The translations under genes and the position numbers were made by a program. From Basidiobolus meristosporus CBS 931.73 (Eukaryota > Fungi > Basidiobolomycota), in the NCBI GenBank assembly GCA_002104905.1, contig MCFE01000366.1, positions 22,949-86,948 of the forward strand: a stretch of DNA of 64,000 bases, given 5' to 3'. Shown here piece by piece: positions 27,401 through 38,400 of the stretch. Within the stretch, counting starts at the first letter, position 1; the number at the start of each line of letters is the position of its first letter. The notes under the pieces were generated by a model. The model was given only the letters and a program-made list of their open reading frames with translations. It was not told the DNA's origin and made no database searches.

Positions 27401-28350
27401 GGTAGTAATAAATCCTCAAAGCCCCTATTACTGATATCAGTGGAAATGTGCCACCTCTCTAGCCACAGCATTACACCATTCACCAGTAGATGTATTACAG
27501 GGCTCACTTGGCTCCATAAGATATCCTTGGCATTTGTTTCAATGGGTGTTGTCTCATTGCATATAGGGACTTGACCAGGCTCATATGTGGCACTGTTGTT
27601 AGGGGAGATAGGCTCAAAATCCATCAGTGAACCTTCTTTGTCAGAGCTATCACTCTACATGCCATACTCAGATGGCTGAGGTGAGCCTAAAGGTGTCACA
27701 AGCTCATCTGACTCAGTTTACACAAGGTGGCAAAGACAGCCAGGTGTCAATATAGAAGTATCAACTGGCCAGCAAGATAATGTTGGTACAGTAGTGAATG
27801 ATGAATGGTCAAATATAATTTGGGTGGCAAAACACTGGCTGTGATCCTTGTAATTCTTCCTATGCTGTCTGCTTACTTCATGGCTGAGAGGCTTGCAACA
27901 ATAGCCACATGGTCTTTTTTTCTCTCCTCTTACGGTGTTGAGTCAAAGTAGTCTTGTCCATGGGGCAAACAGCTTGACCTTCAACAATGTAATGCTATTA
28001 TATCACTTTTTGGTCAATACTCATGTGAATTTAATACAGAGTTGTATTTGAGACATCACACCTACATGAATGTAAGATTCAATGATGACCTGCCATAGTA
28101 AGCACTATAAATAAAGATGTGGTGCCTCATACACATGTATATGTAACACTATTTCCCCTTTGGTCTGACTCACCTCCATATATATGCCACCAAAATATAA
28201 AGCAAAGTTGTCTGGTTCCCAACCAAACCCCACTGCTGATTGCAGCTGAAGAACAGTTGGACAACAGCTTGCTTTGGCATTCAATGCAATAAGTGGGGCT
28301 ACATCCATAAAAGGCCATGTTAGCAGTGTGCCCATTGAGGGTAATAATGC
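24500..28350 (-). mobile_element. Degenerate CMC/EnSpm-like transposon copy 3, with a ~310 bp internal tandem duplication (~24796-25400)
   Basis: IICMQDTQAICKIAGFSGHNGQYCCQTCEIQG; FPMEQMCGEIGRQVK (EnSpm F.MER.CG motif). The duplicated unit starts CCAATTGCCTTATATGGCAAGAAACTTGA. Confidence 0.8.
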
Positions 28351-28739
28351 AAACTCCTCAGGCTTTCAGTTAAGTAGGCAATAGAGAACCTCTGCAGAGC
28401 CACAAGCTGATTGTTATGCTCAGTCAGATGAGAATATAGCAAATGCAGTACCCTCAGTTGAAGACCAGCAAGTGGCTGTTATAACATCACCACCATTGTG
28501 GTAGGGTAAAAATACCTCCCACAGACAAGTTTACTCATATAGTCATTATGATATACTTATCCATATTTTATCTTATCAGTATTATCCCTTTCTTCTTTGC
28601 CATATTATCAGTATTATCCCCATATGATGTTTACCCTGATTAGTTATTAGCATTAGTTAACCCAGATGTTATTCAGCTTTGTGATCAGTATATGTTTCTA
28701 CATAAGGCAAGTACCCACGCCAGTACCCGTGACACATGA

Positions 28740-30500
28740 CCTAGGTCTGTGTTACCGTCCTTACCATGTTAATACCATTTATGGTATTTCTATATATAAT
28801 CAATAAATCATCCCTTCTATCAGTAACACTTCTACCTTATTGATTAGCAGTTGATCACTGCACCTGCCTTCAACAGTACATCTCAGACCTGCCATCAAGG
28901 AGCTTTTCAGGGTAGTGCGCAAGACACACAGAGGCCTTTGGAGACACTTGGAGCACCTAGGAAGCTAGAGAAGTAGGAGCTTTTACCATAGTGACATATT
29001 GACAAAGACACCAGCAGTTTAGACACAGAGGTTATTGCACTCATCAGACACCTCACACACCTTGAGTTGTGTAGCTTCTCCCAGGTGTACCTCTACACCA
29101 CCACACCACCCATATTAGCAAGTATGTTGTCAGCTCACACCATAGCATTAATGAAGCAATTAGGTGCAGTGGCTGATAGGATAGATGCAATGACCCAGAG
29201 AAATCAGGAAATAGTTTAGAAACAGGATGAGCAGATTATACATGCAGAGCAATCAATATCCCAGGTAGACAAAGCAGTATCTTTGCTACAAAGAAGGAAC
29301 TCAAGTAGCTCACTGCCACAGCCAAGAATTGAGCCATTTCCCAATGTAATGGCAGAGGAGCACCATACAGTCTTTGAAGCACAACAACAGTGCCCAAAGA
29401 TAAAGCCCACAGAAAAACCTATCACAGCATGGGAGGGAGACAATGTGGTGTTCATACCAAAGCCTAAAAATCAAAGGACATTGAAGATCCATGAAGCCAT
29501 TGAGTGCAATAATGAATAGTGGACTAATATTCAAGAGGCTGTCCAAAGTCTAGGACACCGTCAACTTAAGGCTGGCATACCATGGGACCATCAGGAACTC
29601 AAGGCCAAGCAGAATGCACTTGACTTGCTCCATGAGCATTTTCCTGGATTCAAATGGGCAAATAAATTTTGGCCAGCATTGGTATGCTAAGAAAGTCTCT
29701 TAAGAGTAGCAGAAACTATCAAAGGCAGAAGAACAAAGGTGCCATGGCTCAAAACCAGTGGCTTCCTCAAGAGCTGGTTACAAGCAGGGCCAAAAGCTCC
29801 AGACATGCATCAAAGAGATGTCAGGTAGCTGGGAGAGTGCCAATTAGGGTCAAGCAGGCAGACACGGATGCACCAGCACAGCATGTATCAAGGAAAAAGC
29901 ATAGTACCACTCATGAAGCACTCAGTCAAAGTAGCAGTGAAGGACCTGGCAGTGATAAAAGCCAGCAGCTTTTACAGGAGCCCATCACAACTATGGTTGA
30001 GAGCTTGAAACAAGCGGAAAAGAAACGTCAGGTTGCCAGAAGAGTGCCAGCAAGGGACAAGCAGGCCAAAACAGATGCATCAGAGCAGAATTTATCATGG
30101 AGAAAACGTAGTTCACTACAAGAAGCACTCAGACAAAGTAGCAGTGAATGACCTGGCGGTGATCAAGGAAAAGGTAAAGGGAAAAGTGTCTACCCAAGCC
30201 TGAGACAGGAAGGCATGCAAAAAAGCTGCAGTTCTTATTAATTAACACCACAAGCCCGGAACAGACTGAATCCCATCATAGCCAAGAGAATTACCAACAA
30301 GAAAACAGCTGTTTTCACAAGAGTTGGAAGCACAAGCAGTTGAGCTACACTCTAGCAAGGTAGATGAGTTTGCAGAGAAAGGCAATTTGTCTACCACAGC
30401 CTCCACATCCTCCATTGTTGACAGAGTGGAGATCCCACTGACAGACATGGCTACAATGTCAAGAACTCAAGAGACTATCACAATGTCTTCAGTGGAATTT
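28740..30500 (+). mobile_element. Unclassified retroelement-like relic (leader plus gag-like coiled-coil remnant)
   Basis: Broken ORFs 29283-30151 in CpG-depleted DNA; 28805-29090 has a diverged inverted homolog at 31195-31480. Family not recognised. Confidence 0.4.
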
Positions 30501-30527
30501 TAAAACATAAATAGGCACACCAAGAGG

Positions 30528-31160
30528 TTGCAGCACTACTTCAAGAGCAGTGCTCAAGAAAATGCACTTGAATGCTGCAAGGATTTATTGCAAAGGCTGG
30601 CAGATGAGGTGCTAGACCTGGCAGTGCTGGCTGAAGACCAGGATGCATGGAAACCAGTGAATGAACAGTGGCATAAAGCCATTGGGTTCCTGCCAAAATT
30701 ATGGAACCAGAGTGTTACAGCAAAAATACTTATTGAGTGGTTGATTTTAATGGAGTTACTTATTGAGTGTGGGGTTGGGCTTAATGTTACTGTAGGGTAT
30801 AGGGATTTGTATAGGTCAATACAATTAGCAATTGAGGTACAACTGAAGTTTCAATGGAAATAAATCAATTTGTATGCATGAAAAGTAAGAGAAACAGTTA
30901 AGTCAGGAGGTAAGGAGTGTGAAAAAGAGGCAATAGCCAATCTATGCACACAAACATAGGAGGTGATGGAGTGTCCAGGATCAGAAAGTGAGCAAACTGG
31001 CAGAGAACCAATCAAAAACCACCTATACATTGTTTTGATGAAAAACTCTGACCAAGTTTTTTGTGAAATCATGGGTGCAATTATTTTTCAATGGTCTCTG
31101 GATGGTGTCCTGACAGGATCAGTACCTCTTAGTCACAGGGCTTTAACTTTGTGATGCCCT
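30528..31160 (+). repeat. Unclassified repeat family copy (homologous to 54470-55315 minus)
   Basis: LQHYFKSSAQENALECCKDLLQRLAD versus LQHFFKSSAQKNALKYCKDLLQRCAD; shared GAGGTACAACTGAAGTTTCAA segment. Confidence 0.7.
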
Positions 31161-33278
31161 TTTGGCAGGATCATTGAATATTTTCTCATAGGGTACCCCT
31201 AGGAGAAGCTGCACAACTTAAGGTGTGTGAAGCATCTGATGGGTTCAGTAACCTCTGGGTCCAAACTGCTAATGTCTCTATCACCAGATCAATATGTGGA
31301 AGCTCCTGCTTCTCTAGCTTCCCAAGCACTCCAAGTGTCTTCAGGAGCTTCTGTGTACTCTTGTGCACTGCCCTGAAATCCTCCCTGATGGCAAGTCTTT
31401 GGCTACTTGTAGAAGGAGGGTGTAGTTAAGAGCTGCTGATCAATCAGGGGAAAGTGTTACTTATAGAAGGGATAACTTAGATGGACTTCCCTTAGGTACT
31501 ATCCCTGAGAAACCAGCCAATATTGATAGAGCAAAAACAAGGGAATCATTGGTGCCCATATGTGTGAAGTATAAGAAGGGGATAACAGCTTGCCATTATG
31601 TATAAACAGTGGTGTGTACTGTGTGTTCACAGTCAGGAGGTGGAAAAATCGCCAAACCTTGACCAAAATGTGTAAGAAACCCAGGGTGTGGTTTCTGGGG
31701 ATGGCATCTTGACAGTAATCTGGTGGTATCCATAGTTGCTTGTCACAAGTTCACTGCCATTTATGCACATTTGATTATATCATTGGAAATGTGCTCTCCA
31801 GGGTACCCATAATACAGCATTTGCTGGAAGTTGCATCAAACACAAGATATTGCAAGTACACCAAATCTCACCAGATCACATTCCCTGACTACTCCTTAGA
31901 AAGATCTCTGTTGCAGGTGTACAGGATTTTGGGGCTTTTATATGGCATGAGGGACTTTTGCTTTAAGGGTTCCTGGCATTGTGTGGAAGCAAATTGAGGT
32001 AGGCCCCACCAACAAATGATTGCTGGTCACTTGAAATCACTGGTTTCATGAATTATGCACTCTGCTGACAAAGCCATTATAGTGTCTGGTGGTTGAGAGA
32101 AGAACTATAGCACCCATATTCCCCTAAATACTTAGAATGGTACTATTGGGCACTGTAGGCGCTTTATGTTGTAAATTTTGGCAATTACACCTATATATTC
32201 CCCCAAGTTAGTCACCTCTACCATAGTCTACAAATCCTATGGAATTCTGCCCAGATTCTTTGCCGGGATTCACTTGGAATATTCTTACCAAGAGATCCGG
32301 TACCCAGAACAAGAAGCATCTCAGAGTCGTCCAAACAGCCCCAAACTTTGCACTTGTGCTCTTGGGACCTTCCTGAGCATATTCTACAGGTTTGTTTTGC
32401 CAAGACCCTGCTTTTGCTCTTCCAATCACCCCACAAATCACCAGTTCTCCCAACCACTTCCCGCGTCACCAAAACCAAAAGCTCGTGTCCAAAAGGGTCT
32501 CCGGAGGAAGGAAACATCGCCCCCCCCCCCGGCGACTCAACATCCCGGGTGATCATCCACAGAAACCCAGGGACCATCGGGGAAATTAGGGGGGCGAGAC
32601 GGGCGATTGGAGAACTTGGGGGAGCCCGGGACCATTAGGAGTGCGGGGCTCGTCTTGCTGCTGGCCGATCTGATGGATTCCGAAGAGAACTCTGGAATGA
32701 TTTGTGCACGCTGCATCCGTCAGAGATTCCTTCTGGAGGGGGGTCGTTGGTCGATGATCATCGAGCTCTGCCCCTCCCCTGCCTTCCACCGGTTTCCAAC
32801 ACGGTGGCTGATGGCCCGTAAGGTGCATGTGTATGGAAACGCTCCCCAGATGAGGAATGCTACGTTTACTTGTTAGTATCTTTGGACTGAGAAAGGGAGT
32901 TACAATGGTAGAAATAAGACAAGTACGACTGCCCTCGGGGCGATAGGGCGGAGGCGGAAATAAGGAGTGGAGTGGGGTTTGGTGGGGGTAAGAGGTGAGA
33001 GGTGAGGTCACGGAGCAAACACAATCATATGAGCTACTTCATGATGCGATCAGCCTCTACGCCACATTCGGAACAGGGGAAAAGATCGCGCGAACTTGGC
33101 GCACCCGAGGCCGGGCAGAGTTCCTAGGATGCCCGGGTTGTTTACCGCGGACGGTGCCACACACGGCCAACGGTAACACGAGCGCAGCTCGATGGTGAGG
33201 ATCGACCCGGCTTTCATGGTGAGCGGAAGGTTGCCTTGTCTGGTGACCTGGGTCCGGTTGGCCACTCAGAACAACAGG

Positions 33279-34725
33279 TCAGACGACTTGTACTGCGAAT
33301 TGCTGTGAGTTCGAGGCGGCCCTTGTTGGCTGGCATAGGAGTATAGAGCTACTTACCATGATCAGATCATTGGGATGAGGGTTATCGAGGGTCAGCTCCC
33401 CTCGGTACCGGCTATCATCCAACACCGCCACGGTGAACACCTCCCCATTCGGCAGGATGTTGGAGATTGGCACCGCGTCCCCCTCGTCATCAAGCAACAG
33501 GATCCCCTTGTTGCCGGGGATCCGGCATAAAGTTCGGATCGTACTCTCCAGGTCCACCGAAGACGAATTCGGGTAGATCACCAGCTTCTGTGGGACCCGT
33601 CTACCCTCATATATCAGCCCAACTTTGGTCTTGTTACTAGCGAGGGAAGCGGGGCTTTGGATTGGGGAGGATGTTGACATCAGGTAATTGCTGGTTAGTA
33701 GGTCGTTTTTCTCGTGTAATTCCACGATGCTGCTACCGTACTTCACGGAGGGTGGAAGCGGGGGCGACGGGGATAAAATCGCCGGCGTGGGCTCGATATG
33801 CTGGTGACCGAAGTGGACCTCCAAGGCGGAAGACATGTCGTCGAAATATTTGTACTTCTTGCCACTCTCTAGCTCCCCCGTGTCCTTGCTATTCTGATCG
33901 TCCCCCGGGGAAAGTCCGTGTGAATACCGTGCGCTAATTGCCAGACCACGAGCGAGAAATTTACCTTGAAGTCCCGACATAGTACCTTCCACCGGTTTCT
34001 ACAGTGCTCTTGGTTCCTGAGGTATCCCGCATCCTGCATTTGCGAGGCAATGGCCTCCCATAGGTCCCGGGGTTTTTTCTTGGGCTTTCCGCCGTCTGCC
34101 TTGTGGCTCTTGTAGAAATTGATCAGGGCAATGGTCTCGTTACGGTGCCAATGCTCCGAGCGTTCCCTTTTCTTGTTTTCCAGACTCATGCGCGGGCTAT
34201 GGGCCTCGTTCAGTCCCAAGGAAATGGAGATGGGGTTGGAAGCGGAAGCGGAAGTGGAAGCACCTAAGACCGGGTCCACGCCCTGACCGTCCATGACCAG
34301 CCCCATATTGACGGCAAGTTCGGGAGAGTTGTATTGCAAAGCGTTAGCCATCTCCTGATAGTACTTGAACTTCTTCAGGCCGAAGTTGTCTTGAGCTTTC
34401 TGCGGAAGACAAGTGGTGGTTAGAAAGGAGAGTGGGGTGGTGGGGAAAACCCTGAAGGTGACGAAAAGGGACTAGGAGGGACCTTGTAATCTCTGCATAG
34501 GACTTTCCATCTATTTCTACAGTGCTCCCGGTTTCTGGCGTAACCGCTGTCCAGCATCTGATCGGCGATCGTCTCCCAAATCTGTTTCGGTTTACTCTTG
34601 GGATCACGAAACTCCTCACGATGGTTCTGATACAGGTTGATCAAGGCGACGGTCTCCTCTCTATCCCAGTGCTCGGAGCGCTCCCGCTTTTTTGACAGTT
34701 CGCTCAGGCTTCCTAGGGTCGACAT
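33279..34725 (-). CDS. Twin trihelix (Myb/SANT-like, GT-type) DNA-binding protein; 4 exons (34725-34483, 34399-33965, 33893-33357, ~33302-33279)
   Basis: Two near-identical domains, SEHWDREETVALINLY...WETIADQM...NREHCRNRWKVLCRDYK and SEHWHRNETIALINFY...WEAIASQM...NQEHCRNRWKVLCRDFK. GT-AG introns keep the frame. The last-exon acceptor is ambiguous. Confidence 0.85.
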
Positions 34726-35420
34726 GGTTCGTTTGTACAAAGACACAGGAAACAGAAGCGGCAATGAAGAGAATGGGGGATGGGAATGGGGGTAGGGTGG
34801 GTACAGGTACAAGTGTAGAGTAAACTAGAACTATACAGCGAAGTAGATTCTGGGATGCAAGGGAACTGGCTCAGCAGAAGATGTGTGGTATAGCAGTATC
34901 GGAGCGGGGAAAAAATATACGCGTGACAGCCACGACGACCCACCCTCTGGCAGTTCCCACGTTGTTCACTTTGGTTCACCCTAGCCCCCCGAATAAATGG
35001 AGAATTTTTGAACCGTTTATTGGGATTGGCCGAATTGAATCAAAATTTTCTCGTGCATATCCGGAGCCAGATTTCCATGAAATAGACTTGGTCAGCAACG
35101 GTAGATCCCATGCTCCCTGCACAACCTACATACGCATGTGCACGATCAGCCCAGCCCAACCCAATCCTAATCCCCGCTCAGAAACCCACCCTCGCATTCG
35201 TCTGGCTCGCTCTTTGTTTAGCTTGATATAGGGCGGGTGTTTGGCTGGGGAATGGGGTGCTACACCCAAGCAGTCAAGTGGCAAGCGGGATGCTTGCTTG
35301 CGGATCTGATCGCGTGGATGTTCAAAGGATGTGGATAATATTTATTGTGAAGTAGATACATAGAATGTCATACCAAGATTGTTGTATACATACACGTAAG
35401 GTTTTGGCCGGGCGGGTGAG

Positions 35421-38400
35421 CTACTTGTATTTCTGTGGTCGCCGTTCGGCCGGGGTTAGTACCTTGGCTCATGCACATGGTGGATTGTGGCTGGTCACTT
35501 ACATCTTCCATTTGTAGTCGTTTGTTTGGATCGATGGAGTTGCGCGCGCCGAGAAGAACCTTGGATATGGCTTCGGTGGCTCCGATCATGGGCTTCAGTA
35601 CGGCGCTAGGTGTTCCCCTGATCAGAGCACGGATGGAGCTCTAGGTGGGTGGATCTGTGTTAGCTGCGCACCATCTCAAGACCGTGCGAGACTCGCATTA
35701 CCTGGGCGCCTGAGCGATCGTATATCTGTATGGGCACAGTGATCAGCGAGTGGGTCGCGGTTCCGATGTTTTTACTCAGGCTTTTGTAGGCTAGCTCGAT
35801 TCCTATCAAAATGCAATTGGCGTTTCAACGTTGGGCTAGGCGGTGTATATGTGGGTGTGCTGAGCGTGCATCTACCTTCATTGAAGTCGCTGGGTTGGCC
35901 GGAGTACTTGCTCTTGGGGTGCAGCGTCTCGTCTTCCTCCGTGTCTAACTCGTGATTGCTATTGCGTCGATGGCGAGGTTCGTTGTTATCGAAAGACAGG
36001 ATATCGTCCGCCTGCTCAAGCAGCACCTGCGCCCCCACTGCCAGCTTGGTCCCTAGCTTGATGATCTCCATCGTGGTAGCCTTCGCAAATGAAGAAGCAC
36101 CTCGTTGGATTCCTGAGAAGATCCAGCGGATGAGATTGAGGGTCGATTTTTCATTTGCAACAGTGTATTGGTTCATTGTTTACCTCGGATGAGTTGTCCG
36201 TCTTTCATGTATTGCTCGACCGGCAACAGCACCAGATCAGCCAGGCCGCTACCTAGATTCACCAGTGTCTTAACAGGCGCGACTCCAGTCACCACGTTTG
36301 GAACTTGTGTGCTGATAATATAAGGCTTCCAAGCAGATCCCAACTCCTCCAACAGTCTCTCGATCCCGCTTATCTGTGAATGAAATATGGTTGAGTGGGA
36401 ATAGCCAGGGGTCTCTAAAGCAGATGACTTACCCCACGTAGCTTCACTCCCAGGAGCATCATATCAGCCTCCTCAAGTCGGAACAAGTTCACAAGCTCTG
36501 CAAAGTTCCCTCCCTTTAGACTGCTGTAATCCAAATGCTTCGGCTTGTAATCGAACTTCAGCACAATGGGGAGGATTTCACAGTATTCTACAAGAGAGGG
36601 GAGATGTAAGAATCGATGTCGCATTACGTAGGATTGACTGCCATCACTCACGGAAATAGATGTTGTCCTTTCGTTCTGGAGGAGCGGGGCTCTCGCTGCT
36701 CGGTGTGGTGTTGAAGAACTTGATCACGAACTCCAAGGTGTCCTGATCTATGTGGAGTCGAATGGGAAGAAGTCGAATCTGAAAAGCGGCGTCAACTCAC
36801 CATGCACTCAACGGATATCCATTCAGCAATCATTCATACCTTCAATCTCATTTCTTCGAGCGGAACGTTGGGAACAGGCCGCACTCCATCCAGTTCAATA
36901 CGAACCATGTTTGACCAGGTTTCCCTGGGGCTGGTGTCACTGTCCGGGCGCAAGTAAGATAGGAATTTCTTCCACATAGATGTCTGCACGCGATCAATAA
37001 TCTCCACATCCCTAACCGAGAATCGTGCTCGGGAGGCCGTTTCGACCCCCAGTGGATACTGCTGATACTCGGCATTGATAGCGATGAGTTTAATGTCTAA
37101 CTGGCTCGACCTTGATCTTCCCTGTTTGTCTCTGTGCTTATCTCGCTTTCTGCCTTTCTTCGGTGCGTTACTACTCTGCGCAGGGGCATTGCTGAAGTCC
37201 GGCAGAGTGGAGGCATCGTCGATGAAGCTTTGGAGATCATCGTCAAAGTAGCCTTTGTCGGAAGATATGGCGGAAGATGCGTACTCAGAACCAGAAGGCG
37301 TTGTGGCCGACAACTCCGGTTCATACATGTAATAATCGAAGTCTGGGCTGGTGCTGAACAGGACATCTTTACCTTTCCCCCTAGCATTGTCCGAGCCGGG
37401 TGGCTCATTTTTCGTTCCTGTGTTGTCCACTGGGCCTCTACTCTTTTTCCAGTCGTTGCCGGAATACAACTTCCAGACAAAATTGAAATCGCGAATTCGG
37501 ATATGATTCAAGCTTTGTGAGATGCTACATTGGTGAAGACAAATAGGCTAAGTGGTTGCGCAGTGATAAAAGTTCAAGAAGACTTACTTGGCCAGAGCCT
37601 CCTCTTCCATTAAGCTGGGAACTGTGAAGTAATCTTCGACAATCAGGAGCTGCTCATTATCCAATGGTCTCACCGTGTCTTCTGCATCTATGATGAGAGG
37701 GTCGATTTCTTGGAAGTCGGCTTCCTTCAGCTGGGGAGACATCATTGCCTCCACCGGCTTCCATTCTATTCGGATCGTTTAGGGGGTTTCAAGGGACACT
37801 TACTGTCTGATACTTGTCTCTTACCATCATCTCCTGAATCTTCCAGATCGAATCCTGAAGGATAATCCTCTAGCATATCCGATTCCTCACTAGAAGAGCA
37901 GTTCGCTGCCTTTTTAGAGTCTGTCTCGGCGGCGTAGTACTCCTCCACGAAGTTCAAATTGGCTTCTCCGACATCACTGGCAAGCTTCGCGCAATCCGGG
38001 TGCGGCGGCCCAAATGCGTTTTCGTCTAGGCTGGCTAGATGGGATTCATGAAGGCATGTTAGGCGAGTGTCGGGAAGCAATGAGTGTGGAAATAATACAT
38101 ACATAGCATATCGGTCAATATGTTATCATCATTATGATTGCTCTGAACCTCGTCAACCTCCAACTGTGCTGGGTTACCCTTTCCGCCGGCAAAGCTGTTT
38201 AAGCTTCGCGAGATGTGATTCGCAAACTCCAACAGCGTTTGGAACGAATCCGAGCAAGTCTCGAGTAGGAAATTCTGGTTAGTGAGCTCCAAGTCGAACT
38301 GCGGCAGCTGTTCGTCCTTGTTCAACCGGACAAGCACTTCCAGAAAGTCCACCGAAGAAAGCGGGGCATATCCTAGCGCCCGGTAGTAGCTTTTGATGCT

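Noticed and set aside
28805-31480. DIRS-like element with inverted terminal repeats
   Set aside because: The arms are too diverged to be ITRs of one element, and no RT or tyrosine recombinase is visible between them.
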